From a virus (taxonomy: Duplodnaviria; Caudoviricetes), in IMG/VR virus record IMGVR_UViG_3300030385_000908, positions 1 to 25,294 of that record: 25,294 nucleotides of DNA; one strand, given 5' to 3'. A model generated the notes under the pieces. It did no database searches, was not told the origin of the DNA, and worked only from the letters and a program-made list of their open reading frames with translations. Of this stretch, positions 15,984 through 25,223 are shown one piece after another; position 1 is the stretch's first letter; every line of letters starts with the position of its first letter. Made by a program: the position numbers and the translations under genes.

Positions 15984-17927
15984 TTAATAAAGTGGGACAT
16001 CTGTTACTATATTATCACTGTCCATATTTATCATTAATCCTGGATTCCCATTTATTGTTTTTAAGGAATTTATTGTTATACTGCCAATAAAACTTCCTTT
16101 CACTTGGAAATTGTAAGGAACGACAGTTCCATCATTTCCGATGTAAATCTTATGATTCCCCAGTATGATTTGCTGCACATCTTGGTTATCCCCACCACCA
16201 AATCTAAATGCTAAATCCCCACTTGTATAACTATTTATAGTGTAATCCAACTCCATATATGTAAAATTCCCCCCAATTGTTGGTGTTGTTTGTCTAACAT
16301 CTGTTACTGTTGCGTCTGCTTTTGTTAAAGTATCCCCATCAATAACCCATGTTCCGCCAACACTATTGGCCCAAGTCGCATCCAATACATTTGCGCTTTC
16401 AGTAAGATTTACACTATCCAATAAAAGAAATTCATAAGTAACTTTTACTATAGATACATTATCAAAATAACGTAAATCTCCATCAGCTCCTGTTGAATTT
16501 CCATTACGCAATCTAACTTGTATTGTTGTTGCAGTACTGGCTGTTCTAAAGTATCCTACTATCTCTGTCCAAGTGTCGGCAGGAACTGTCTTTCCAACAT
16601 AAGCAACTGTACCACCAACTATATCCCACGCGTCAGTTGGTTCGCCAGACAACACACACCATCTATTGTCATTTGCAGATGGAGCATACGCCCAAACTGA
16701 GGCCCTGTAAATAGTGTTTGGCTCTACTGTCATCTCAGCTGAGAAGGTACCCATATTTATAGAAGCACCATCAACTTCAAGTTTCCATGAATAATCTCCA
16801 GTCTGGGGTTTTTCTGTACTTCTTTCGCTTATAACACCTGTATCATCAAGTGCCGTCCAAGAGCCTGCCTCCTCAAATCCAGGATTCTCCACTAAGCTAA
16901 ACCCACCAACAAAAGTTTGTCCATCTCCCATGCGTAAATAAACTGTTACGCTGCCAGAACTCGAATATTTACCCCTGTTGTTTAATACATTAAATGGAGT
17001 GCCATTATTATATAATGCAGCTACTTCATCGGAAGTTAAAGCACTATCCCACATTGCCACTTCATCAATATTTCCATTTGAATAAAAAGTATTAGTAAAT
17101 TCAAATTTACTGATAACTAAATCCCCTTCATTGTCTAAATTTGTATCTTCACCATTTATATCAGCAGTATCCGCCACTCCATTAACATAACCAACCACCT
17201 TACCATCCCTATCTGCCGAAATAACAATGTGAGCCCATGTATTTTCATAATCATTTAAATCTATACTTGAGCCTGTATATGTCGAATGCGTTACTTCATC
17301 AACAACCTGATACATGTGCAGCCTTGGAGGGGTTGCGTCATTTCCTCTAAAATACCATCTATTCTCAGGGTCTTCTGCTTTCGACATAATATAAAACGAA
17401 TCCCAATTATCTGTTTTTACCCATGCAGATATACTAAAATCAGCTGTTCCAAGATTTAATACATCTCCTAAATCAACATATTCGTCCACTCCATCAAAAT
17501 AAGCACTTAACCTATTTTGAAACACGTCTATATTTAAAATTCTTAAATCAAAATCCAATGCTTTACGATAAACCCCTTCATCACTTACATTCTCATCAAA
17601 TAAATCATTGTATCCATTATATTTTATTGATTGTACTACTACACCATTATATGTTCCACTTCTTCTATCTAATGATGTTCTTATTTTTTTTGCCAAATCT
17701 GATGCCTGTGCATACGTTTTACAATAACAACTAACCATCACTCCATCAGTATCCAATGTTGAAACTCCATCATTATCCTGTGTTGGTGTTTCCCCAGTTA
17801 CATCATAAACAATAAATGGAAATTCTGTTGTATTTTTTGCCACATTTGGGAATATTCTACTGCTGACTAATGCACTAACATCAGTATCATTTTTCAAAAC
17901 ATCATATATTACTTTCCCTGAATCCAT
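15984..17927 (-). CDS. Tail terminator (DUF3168-like) fused to LamG and CBM-like domains
   Basis: N-terminal LVSSRIFP...FPFIVY...GVYRKALDF; LamG motifs FDGVDEYV, FSISAWVK, WAHIV, YVNG and GNIDEVAMWDSALT; CBM4/9-like NPGFE...YRASVW...YFDNVSI. Confidence 0.85.
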   Translation of the reverse strand: MDSGKVIYDVLKNDTDVSALVSSRIFPNVAKNTTEFPFIVYDVTGETPTQDNDGVSTLDTDGVMVSCYCKTYAQASDLAKKIRTSLDRRSGTYNGVVVQSIKYNGYNDLFDENVSDEGVYRKALDFDLRILNIDVFQNRLSAYFDGVDEYVDLGDVLNLGTADFSISAWVKTDNWDSFYIMSKAEDPENRWYFRGNDATPPRLHMYQVVDEVTHSTYTGSSIDLNDYENTWAHIVISADRDGKVVGYVNGVADTADINGEDTNLDNEGDLVISKFEFTNTFYSNGNIDEVAMWDSALTSDEVAALYNNGTPFNVLNNRGKYSSSGSVTVYLRMGDGQTFVGGFSLVENPGFEEAGSWTALDDTGVISERSTEKPQTGDYSWKLEVDGASINMGTFSAEMTVEPNTIYRASVWAYAPSANDNRWCVLSGEPTDAWDIVGGTVAYVGKTVPADTWTEIVGYFRTASTATTIQVRLRNGNSTGADGDLRYFDNVSIVKVTYEFLLLDSVNLTESANVLDATWANSVGGTWVIDGDTLTKADATVTDVRQTTPTIGGNFTYMELDYTINSYTSGDLAFRFGGGDNQDVQQIILGNHKIYIGNDGTVVPYNFQVKGSFIGSITINSLKTINGNPGLMINMDSDNIVTDVPLY

Positions 17928-17928
17928 T

Positions 17929-18462
17929 TTAATATCCTAATTTTCCATATTTTTTTAAACGCCTTGTGTGTGTCTTTAACGCTCTTTCAAAAATCTTTTC
18001 TGCATCTTTCATCCCATTTGATAACACTGTTCCTTTCTCGGTATTAAATGCATTCGCCATCCATGGTTGATTCTTTCCTGTTCCTTTCCCTCCAAAATTA
18101 ACCTCCCCTCCATACTCTACAAAAGCACCATAATATCCACTCTTTGAATATTTACCAGTCTCTTTATCCTTCTTTGCAAATGCTCCTTTAACTCTTGGCC
18201 CAACATATCCTCCATTGTATTTTCTGCTTGCCTTTGTTGTAAAAAACCCAACACTGTTTGCTAACTGTCCTGTTCCTCCTAATGCTTGTGCATTCGATTT
18301 TGCTGCTTTAACTAATGGTTTGGAAACATGCCTCCAAAATTTTACCCATACTTTACTTTGGTCCACTTGTTTTGGCAATTGCTTAAACATTAATTCAATA
18401 TCTCTTAAATTTTGTTTGTTTACTTCAACAGTAATTTTATTATTTGTTCCTGCTTCTGCCAT
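17929..18462 (-). CDS. HK97 gp10-like neck protein
   Basis: TGQLANS, YYGAFVEYG and QPWMANAF motifs; position after the head closure gene. Confidence 0.8.
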   Translation of the reverse strand: MAEAGTNNKITVEVNKQNLRDIELMFKQLPKQVDQSKVWVKFWRHVSKPLVKAAKSNAQALGGTGQLANSVGFFTTKASRKYNGGYVGPRVKGAFAKKDKETGKYSKSGYYGAFVEYGGEVNFGGKGTGKNQPWMANAFNTEKGTVLSNGMKDAEKIFERALKTHTRRLKKYGKLGY

Positions 18463-18783
18463 TTAATCTTTTTGTTCTGTTTCTAATTCTAAAAATGCAT
18501 CACGCCCATCAATTTCATTTATTACTTTAATATAATAATATTTACTATCATAACTAACCCTCATCATTTCTGTTACTGCAATATCCAAATTTCTTATTGT
18601 AAAAACAACTTTGCTTGTGGCTGTTATTCTTTGCAATTCCTCTCTTTCATTTCCGCCTTTCCAATTAATATTGGCCCATAATGTTTTATATGTACCCCAT
18701 GTTATAACTAACTCCCCGTACCCATCTGGTGATGTTGTTGGCTCTTCAATTATTACTCTCCTATCTAAATCACCTATCTGCAT
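18463..18783 (-). CDS. Head closure protein (SPP1 gp16-like)
   Basis: GDLDRRVIIE, DGYGE, WANI, FTIR and MRVSY motifs. Confidence 0.9.
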   Translation of the reverse strand: MQIGDLDRRVIIEEPTTSPDGYGELVITWGTYKTLWANINWKGGNEREELQRITATSKVVFTIRNLDIAVTEMMRVSYDSKYYYIKVINEIDGRDAFLELETEQKD

Positions 18784-19364
18784 ACTTGAACCTTATATTG
18801 TTCTAATAAATACTTAGCACCCATAGGTAATGTATTTACTTGACGCCCCACAACAACTGCTGTTCTATTCTGATACCAATGGCCCAGAGTTAAATAAACG
18901 GCTTGAATAATTGCACTTGGCACATCAGTAGATGCTGTACCATAACCCACTATATATTCACATTGAACCGCATCTATTCTATCCGAATTAACTGCCCCAT
19001 CTGTTTCTGTAGCTTCTGAACTATCAATATCAAGCAGTGATGGTTCAATGGCTGGGATTAATGAATACGCTGCCGCTGATACTGTCCGTAGTATATCTTT
19101 AACATCATAGTATTTTATGTCATTAATATCCCCCACTGGGCTTTTCAATAATTCAGTTAAATCTGAAAAGTTTGAGCCGTATTGAACAAGTGTTGTGTTT
19201 ATAAAAAACCTGTTTGTATATTCTTGAGCAGATTCAGTTGCAGCAGATATAAGGTTATCAATGACTGTATCATCCTCTGTTGTATCTACTTTTAAAAATG
19301 TTTTTGCGTCAGCTGTTGTAATTAATACCACTGCTGCTGCTGTCTCTACTTTATATGCTCTCAT
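18774..19364 (-). CDS. Head-tail connector (HK97 gp6 / phiE125 gp8-like)
   Basis: AKTFLKVD...DD...LISAA...YTNR and GYG...VP...QAV...HWYQNR motifs. Confidence 0.9.
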   Translation of the reverse strand: MRAYKVETAAAVVLITTADAKTFLKVDTTEDDTVIDNLISAATESAQEYTNRFFINTTLVQYGSNFSDLTELLKSPVGDINDIKYYDVKDILRTVSAAAYSLIPAIEPSLLDIDSSEATETDGAVNSDRIDAVQCEYIVGYGTASTDVPSAIIQAVYLTLGHWYQNRTAVVVGRQVNTLPMGAKYLLEQYKVQVCR

Positions 19365-19375
19365 ATCTTTAATTT

Positions 19376-19409
19376 AAAAAAGGGATGGCAGTATTCCCAC
19401 CACCCCTTT
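19376..19409 (-). terminator. Rho-independent terminator after the major capsid gene
   Basis: Minus strand AAAGGGGTGGTGG-GAATA-CTGCCATCCCTTTTTT. Confidence 0.85.
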
Positions 19410-19429
19410 ATTGTTAAATAATCAAATGT

Positions 19430-20650
19430 TTACCCTTCAATTAAGTTTGCAAATGCAGTTGCATTTTGTACAGCATCCCCATCGAAAAGTCCAGTTAACA
19501 CCATTCTTGGCTCACCAGTGTCAGCTCCAGAATAAGGGTCATATAAAGCATCAATCCCTCCAAATTGAGCAATATGTACTTTCGAGAAGTCTCCAAATAA
19601 AACATGCTCTTTACCAGAAACACCACTTGCTGCTACGTTTGAGCTTACGAAAGCATAAAAACCATTAACAGTTTTATCTCTCATGTCATAAGCAGCAGAA
19701 ACGTTAGAAACCATCTCAGAAGATTTGATGGCAGCATAAGCGTCAGAATCCATTAAGTATGCCATTCTTGCTCCTTCATAAGTTCCATCATTTCCAATGT
19801 AAGTGTTTTCCAAAATTGATGCAGTTGCTCCAGTAAAGGCAGCAACAGAACCAGCAGCAGCGTCAGCAAATATAGAAGCTGGTGCAGCAGTAACATCACT
19901 TGTCTCAAGTAAAGCCGTTTCAAGTGTAGAAGCCATATTAGCAGCAATATTTGCTTGTAACGAAGCCTCTAAGGATGTATTTTGTACTAAAGATTCTTGA
20001 CTCATACTTACCACAGAAATTAATTTCTTTGGTGTTAAAGTTATAGCCGATAAATCTCCAGCAGATGAAACTGCTGAACCTCCCGTTTCTTGTATCCATG
20101 ATGAAGTAACTCCAGAAAATACTGGGAATTTCAAATCATTTATACCATAATACGTATTAGCACCTGCACTCGCCAAAACAAGGTTAGATTCTAATTGGTC
20201 TGTAAAACTCATTGTTGATTCACTATTAGTAGAATCTGTGTCCCATGCTCTTGTTAATACAGATGATGGAATCCCTACTCCTTTGTATGACTGACCTGTG
20301 TAACGAGATTCGTTTCTCGCTTCCTCATCCATCTCCTTTACAATGCCGTGAAGCCTTCCTGTAAAAGCTGCTCTCATAGCAGCTTGAAAACTAAATCTCT
20401 CTAAATCTTTGTCTTCTTTCTTAGCAGCTGGCACACCAGAAGCAACAGCAGTATTACGTTTTATTGTTTCTAATTTTTCTACTCTTTCAATTCTTGTATC
20501 AAGACTATCAACCTCAGCTAATAAACCATCAACATTATCATTTTCGTCCTGCGTTAAATCTCTTTCTTCAGTAGAGGCAACATCTTTTATGTTCTCTAAA
20601 GAATCAATAATATCTGAACGCATTTCTTTTAATTCAATACTATTTTTCAT
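19430..20650 (-). CDS. Major capsid protein, HK97 family with N-terminal delta domain
   Basis: Coiled-coil N-terminus; ITLTPKKL, LFGDFS and DPYS motifs; follows the protease gene. Confidence 0.95.
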   Translation of the reverse strand: MKNSIELKEMRSDIIDSLENIKDVASTEERDLTQDENDNVDGLLAEVDSLDTRIERVEKLETIKRNTAVASGVPAAKKEDKDLERFSFQAAMRAAFTGRLHGIVKEMDEEARNESRYTGQSYKGVGIPSSVLTRAWDTDSTNSESTMSFTDQLESNLVLASAGANTYYGINDLKFPVFSGVTSSWIQETGGSAVSSAGDLSAITLTPKKLISVVSMSQESLVQNTSLEASLQANIAANMASTLETALLETSDVTAAPASIFADAAAGSVAAFTGATASILENTYIGNDGTYEGARMAYLMDSDAYAAIKSSEMVSNVSAAYDMRDKTVNGFYAFVSSNVAASGVSGKEHVLFGDFSKVHIAQFGGIDALYDPYSGADTGEPRMVLTGLFDGDAVQNATAFANLIEG

Positions 20651-20664
20651 TTTTATTATTTTAA

Positions 20665-21438
20665 TTATTTTCTCTTTTTTAATTCAATTTTTAATGAAAC
20701 AAGAGAACGCTTCACTAAATCTTTTTCCTCCTTTTCTTTTTCAACTTTTTCTTTATAAGTTGCTAACCCTCTTTGTGCTACAACTAAATCATTTGCATCA
20801 GGATAGGCTGCGTAAGTTACAGGGCTCACATCAAATAATCTATCAATCTTTTTTATTGTTCTAATATTATTACCATCCTCATCTGTTCCCCATTCATCAT
20901 CTGCAACTGTAAAGGCAAATGAGCTTTGTGTAATATCCCCTCTTTCCATTGATACAACTAAATCTTTTCCATAAGAAGTTTCAGGCACATCAAATTCATA
21001 TCTTAACCCTTTTTCATCAGTATTTAATCTTAATGTCCCAGATGTTGTTCTTCCTAAAATTAAATTCTGGTCATGATTAATTAAAGCCCTCACATCTGAT
21101 TTTTCTATTAATTCAGGAGTAAATGCCCCAGCTTCAATGTACTCATAAAATCCTCCTAAATTTTCGCTTCTTATGTTATACATTGATGCATGACCCATTA
21201 TTACCTTGTTGCCATCTTCAGTTTCTTCTGCTCTTGTTTTTATATTAAATATTCTTTTTTCCATAATTTCATTAAATTTTTTATCCCAAATGTTTTTTCT
21301 ATTTTCTTCAAGTTGTGTACTACATACAGCCAACCTTTGTTTCTCATCTTCAAAATCACCCACCATTATATCATCAGACATACATCTATCCATAAAATCG
21401 TCATCTGATTCATATGTATTAGGAGTCGGCAGTGGCAT
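20665..21438 (-). CDS. Prohead protease (HK97 family) with an extra N-terminal domain
   Basis: GGFYEYIEAGAF, ALINHD, GTLRL, GDITQSSFAF and LFDVSPVTYAAY motifs. Confidence 0.95.
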   Translation of the reverse strand: MPLPTPNTYESDDDFMDRCMSDDIMVGDFEDEKQRLAVCSTQLEENRKNIWDKKFNEIMEKRIFNIKTRAEETEDGNKVIMGHASMYNIRSENLGGFYEYIEAGAFTPELIEKSDVRALINHDQNLILGRTTSGTLRLNTDEKGLRYEFDVPETSYGKDLVVSMERGDITQSSFAFTVADDEWGTDEDGNNIRTIKKIDRLFDVSPVTYAAYPDANDLVVAQRGLATYKEKVEKEKEEKDLVKRSLVSLKIELKKRK

Positions 21439-22618
21439 CTTCTCCTATTTTTTCTATTGTTGTCATGTTCAATTGCATGAAATGTTTATCCCCACCCTCA
21501 ATTGAATTTAAGTTTTCTTTTTGTCTAACTTCATTTATAGACATGTAGCCGTTTGTTATTGCTGTTTTATATGCTTCAGTTCTTGATTTAACATCACCTC
21601 TTAAAAGTCCATTCACATTAAACTCAATAAATGTGTTGCCTATTTCGTTGGTTCTGAATAACTTATAATTCATTTCACTTTCTATTCTTGTTATATACGG
21701 CATCAATGTATATGTAACAAACTCCTGAGACTGCATTTCAATATTATTGAAACTTGATTTGCTCAAATCTTTTAGCATATGTGGAGGAATATTAAAGATA
21801 CGTGCCACCTCTTCTATGCTAAATTGTCGGCTCAATAAAAATTGTGCTTGCTCTGGTGAGATAGATATAGGTTTGAAGGTCAACCCTTCTTCTAATATCA
21901 TCGTTGAGTTACTTTGATTTAGTTTTGAATAACTATTATTGAAAGAATTTTTTAGTCTATCAATTGCTGTTTCACTTAATGCTCTATCGGTTGCTAATAC
22001 TGCACTGGGTTTTGCACCATTTTTAAAAAATGTGTTTCCAAATTCCTCAACATTCAATCCCCAATTTAAAGCATTCTGACACTGGTCAATTGGACTTAAT
22101 CCACTCAACCCATCTTCTGTAATTGTTTTGAAATGTAATAAATCATAACTATCTAAAATTGCACCCTCATCAATTTGGTAAAATATTTCACCCTCATTAA
22201 TTACAGGTGTGACAGTTTCAGGATTAAGAGGTATTAATTCAATCGGTGTTCCCCCACCATCTCTAATAATTTGCACATAAGAATTCCCAGTTGTACAAAT
22301 ACACATCATAATGTATTCAAAGAACGTTATTTTATTTTGATAATTGTTTGGTTTGTATTTAATAAGATTATAGATTCTGTTGTTGGAATCCTCAATCTTA
22401 TCCCCATTTGCAGCTTTTGTATAAACTGAACATGGCAAAGATGAAACACTTTCAGATAATAATCTAATTGCACACCAAACAGATGTAAGTGTTAATGCTT
22501 TGTCTGTTGTATATGGGTTTGCGTTTGGGAACAAGGTACTTAAACTCAATCCCCTTTGCTCTTTTTTTTCAGGACTTTTTGTAGTAAAAAAGTTTCTGAT
22601 GTCTGTAATTATGCTCAA
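21419..22618 (-). CDS. Portal protein, HK97 family
   Basis: VWCAIRLLSESVSSLP, GNSY, GLSPI, FFKNGA, IEEVARIFNIPP and SINEVR motifs; TTG start. Confidence 0.96.
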   Translation of the reverse strand: MSIITDIRNFFTTKSPEKKEQRGLSLSTLFPNANPYTTDKALTLTSVWCAIRLLSESVSSLPCSVYTKAANGDKIEDSNNRIYNLIKYKPNNYQNKITFFEYIMMCICTTGNSYVQIIRDGGGTPIELIPLNPETVTPVINEGEIFYQIDEGAILDSYDLLHFKTITEDGLSGLSPIDQCQNALNWGLNVEEFGNTFFKNGAKPSAVLATDRALSETAIDRLKNSFNNSYSKLNQSNSTMILEEGLTFKPISISPEQAQFLLSRQFSIEEVARIFNIPPHMLKDLSKSSFNNIEMQSQEFVTYTLMPYITRIESEMNYKLFRTNEIGNTFIEFNVNGLLRGDVKSRTEAYKTAITNGYMSINEVRQKENLNSIEGGDKHFMQLNMTTIEKIGEDATADS

Positions 22619-22635
22619 ATCTTATAAGAATTTTC

Positions 22636-22682
22636 GCAATTATACGTTTATCTTTTGTTTCTATTATGCAACTTAGTTGCAT
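22636..22682 (-). promoter_or_regulatory. Putative late promoter with upstream perfect palindrome
   Basis: GTATAATTGC at 22645-22636; ATGCAACT-T-AGTTGCAT at 22666-22682. Confidence 0.6.
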
Positions 22683-22806
22683 TTCTTAAACCCTTGCCTA
22701 ACGCTATATGGTGCATTCTAAAGGATTATTGTAGTTTTTAGGTATATGCACCCCTAAAATAATATAAAATTGATTTACTATCGTACACCCAACCAAAATA
22801 AATATA

Positions 22807-23019
22807 TTATGTTAAATTGTTTTTTACCCTTTTTAACCTCCTATCTCTGCAATTTCTATAAGAATTATAATCTGAGTATTTTCTTTTTTTAAAATGGTCT
22901 TGATATTCTTGCTCCACTAACTCATATGCCTGTTTATATGTTTTAGTTTCAGAAGCTAAGTCCCAGAATCTTTCATCAAATCCATCTGGACTTAGTAAAG
23001 CTATTATTTTTATATCCAT
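22807..23019 (-). CDS. Small helical protein between terL and portal (possible regulator)
   Basis: 70 aa with basic C-terminus RKYSDYNSYRNCRDRR; TAATG coupling to terL. Confidence 0.75.
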   Translation of the reverse strand: MDIKIIALLSPDGFDERFWDLASETKTYKQAYELVEQEYQDHFKKRKYSDYNSYRNCRDRRLKRVKNNLT

Positions 23020-24563
23020 TATAATACTAATAAATCACGACTATCATAAACACTTGTTCCCTCATCTTCAGAATAGTATTCCCCAAGGGCCATTATCAAT
23101 GCAACAATTGGGTCAATACGTTCGGTGGATTTGCTTTTATTTGGCTTGATGTTTCCAGCTGGGTCTTCTTGTAAAGCTATATTAGATAAACACCAATTTA
23201 AACAGGGGTTATTATCGTGAATAATATTCTTTGCAATTATTTCAACCTCTAAGGCTTTTGTTGGCATTGACATGCTGACAAATCCCTGACCGAATGGGTC
23301 CATAATTGCTCCATCATTTTGTAAGTCTATTATCAATTGTGATGCTCCCCACCTATCATATGCAATACTTTGAATACGATATTTTTTACTTAACTCATTT
23401 ATCTTTGCTCTAATAAAATTATAATCTTGAACATCACCCTCTGTTCCATAAATGTGTTCATCTCTTAGCCACTCCATATAATTTACACCATCTCTATCAC
23501 TTCTTTTTTTAGCATTTTCTTTTGGAATAAAGATATATGGTTTTATAACAAACTTGCCATCTACATTAAATAATAAAACAAACGCACTTAAATCTCTTGT
23601 GGATGCTAAGTCTAACCCACCCCAACACTCCATCCCATCTAATGTTGAGTAATCAAATTCCTGATAACACTCCATCCATTCATCATGCCCAATCCATTGC
23701 ACTTGTGATTCAGTCCATACATTGAGCATCAATCTCAAAAATGTGTTACGATAAGATGGTAAATCAACAGCCCTTTTTGATTCCCTATGCATATAATCTT
23801 TCCTTAATGATACTCCATAATTTGGATTTGCTTTTTTCCAAACTTCCTCACTTGTAATATCATCATCCATTTTAGCTTCATAAATTACTGGATAAAAACT
23901 ATCATCTTCAATAACACCATCCATTACTTTTTTAGCATATGTATAAACCTCATAACATATGGACTGTCTATCATATCCTGCTGTTGTAATTGCTATGGTT
24001 AATGGCTCACGCCTTGCACCTGTTGAGGTTGTTAATGTGTCCCATAAATCCCTATTGGGTTGTGTATGCAACTCATCAAATATTATGCAGTTTGCATTGA
24101 ACCCATGTTTAGTTTTACTATCTGATGAAATAGCTTGGAAAAAATTTCCCTTTCTTTCATTTGTTATGCTATTTCTAAAGACTTTACTTCTATTGCTTAA
24201 TTCAGGATTTTGTAATATCATTCCCTTTGCAATCTCAAAAACAATACCAGCTTGGTTTCTATCTCCAGCTGCTGCATATATTTCTGCACCTCTTTCATTA
24301 TCTGCAAACAACATATAAATCCCTATGGCTGCACACAATGTTGTTTTACCATTCTTTCTTGGGACTTCAATAAATACTGTTCTATATTTTCTTAGGTTTG
24401 TTTTTTTATCTTTCCAACCAAAGATGTTTCCAACTATTTCCTTTTGCCAATCTTCTAAGAATAAAGGTTTGCCGCTCAACTCTCCTTTAGTATGGGTGAT
24501 AAATGTTTCAATAAAACTTATTGCTTTGTCGGCTGCTTGTTTATCAAAAATATATTTAATCAA
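23019..24563 (-). CDS. terL: Terminase large subunit
   Basis: Walker A PRKNGKT, Walker B IIFDE, ITTAG, nuclease GGLDLA...D and RIDPIVA. Confidence 0.97.
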   Translation of the reverse strand: MIKYIFDKQAADKAISFIETFITHTKGELSGKPLFLEDWQKEIVGNIFGWKDKKTNLRKYRTVFIEVPRKNGKTTLCAAIGIYMLFADNERGAEIYAAAGDRNQAGIVFEIAKGMILQNPELSNRSKVFRNSITNERKGNFFQAISSDSKTKHGFNANCIIFDELHTQPNRDLWDTLTTSTGARREPLTIAITTAGYDRQSICYEVYTYAKKVMDGVIEDDSFYPVIYEAKMDDDITSEEVWKKANPNYGVSLRKDYMHRESKRAVDLPSYRNTFLRLMLNVWTESQVQWIGHDEWMECYQEFDYSTLDGMECWGGLDLASTRDLSAFVLLFNVDGKFVIKPYIFIPKENAKKRSDRDGVNYMEWLRDEHIYGTEGDVQDYNFIRAKINELSKKYRIQSIAYDRWGASQLIIDLQNDGAIMDPFGQGFVSMSMPTKALEVEIIAKNIIHDNNPCLNWCLSNIALQEDPAGNIKPNKSKSTERIDPIVALIMALGEYYSEDEGTSVYDSRDLLVL

Positions 24564-25032
24564 AATAATTATTTATTTGCGTGTTGTTGTTTACTGTTGG
24601 TGCTGATATGCTTGCCCTTGCTACTGGTGTTAATCCAAATTGTGTTGCTAACTTCAATGCGTTATTTAAGGCATCATTTTTAATTTTAAGATAGGGCTTT
24701 GCTTGACTTCTAACCACATCCCCATTTGTGTTTGTAAAATTATCAATGCGTCCATTTTTTCTTAACTCAATTTCACATTCAATGTATAAACTTATTTCAT
24801 TGCAATATGCCTCAACCAATCTTAAATCAACTGTATGTAACATTTGTAAATTAAATAATTGGTTTGTAACTTTTAACCATTCACCTTTCCCAATTTCACT
24901 CAATAAATCAGGAGCATCAGGGATAGATAAACACAAATCAACCTGCATTTCATTTTCAACCTCCCTGCTCTTTTCAGTTGTTCCCTGTATTGCTTTTAAT
25001 TTAGTTGGTATTTTCTTGCGACCCTTCCCCAT
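24556..25032 (-). CDS. terS: Terminase small subunit, P27 family
   Basis: GRKKIPT, EW, D...EAYC and FGLTPVAR motifs; upstream of terL. Confidence 0.93.
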   Translation of the reverse strand: MGKGRKKIPTKLKAIQGTTEKSREVENEMQVDLCLSIPDAPDLLSEIGKGEWLKVTNQLFNLQMLHTVDLRLVEAYCNEISLYIECEIELRKNGRIDNFTNTNGDVVRSQAKPYLKIKNDALNNALKLATQFGLTPVARASISAPTVNNNTQINNYFD

Positions 25033-25223
25033 TAATTTTTATTTAATGTTTCTTCTGTTCTAATTAAACAGGGGAATCCATCAAAATCCTTCTCCAATTC
25101 TTGCATGTAATTTCCACATTTGCACTTGGCTTCTTTTGTCCTAATTTTATTTTTTACAATTTCCAAAGTTGCTTTTGTTAATTGTTTTTTTTCATTACAT
25201 TTTTTACATATATATGTTAACAT
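25032..25223 (-). CDS. Small zinc-ribbon protein
   Basis: YICKKC...CKCG; start reassigned to ATG 25223; TAATG coupling to terS. Confidence 0.7.
   Translation of the reverse strand: MLTYICKKCNEKKQLTKATLEIVKNKIRTKEAKCKCGNYMQELEKDFDGFPCLIRTEETLNKN

Noticed and set aside
8938-17927. Diversity-generating retroelement or invertase-driven tail switching
   Set aside because: No reverse transcriptase, recombinase or template/variable repeat pair was seen.
19753-19947. 64-aa Leu-rich minus-strand ORF inside the capsid gene
   Set aside because: Off-frame by-product of GCT/TCT codon bias in the capsid gene.
1540-24683. All plus-strand ORFs in the track
   Set aside because: They are antisense shadows of well-supported minus-strand genes, rich in F/L/I/S and without recognisable motifs.
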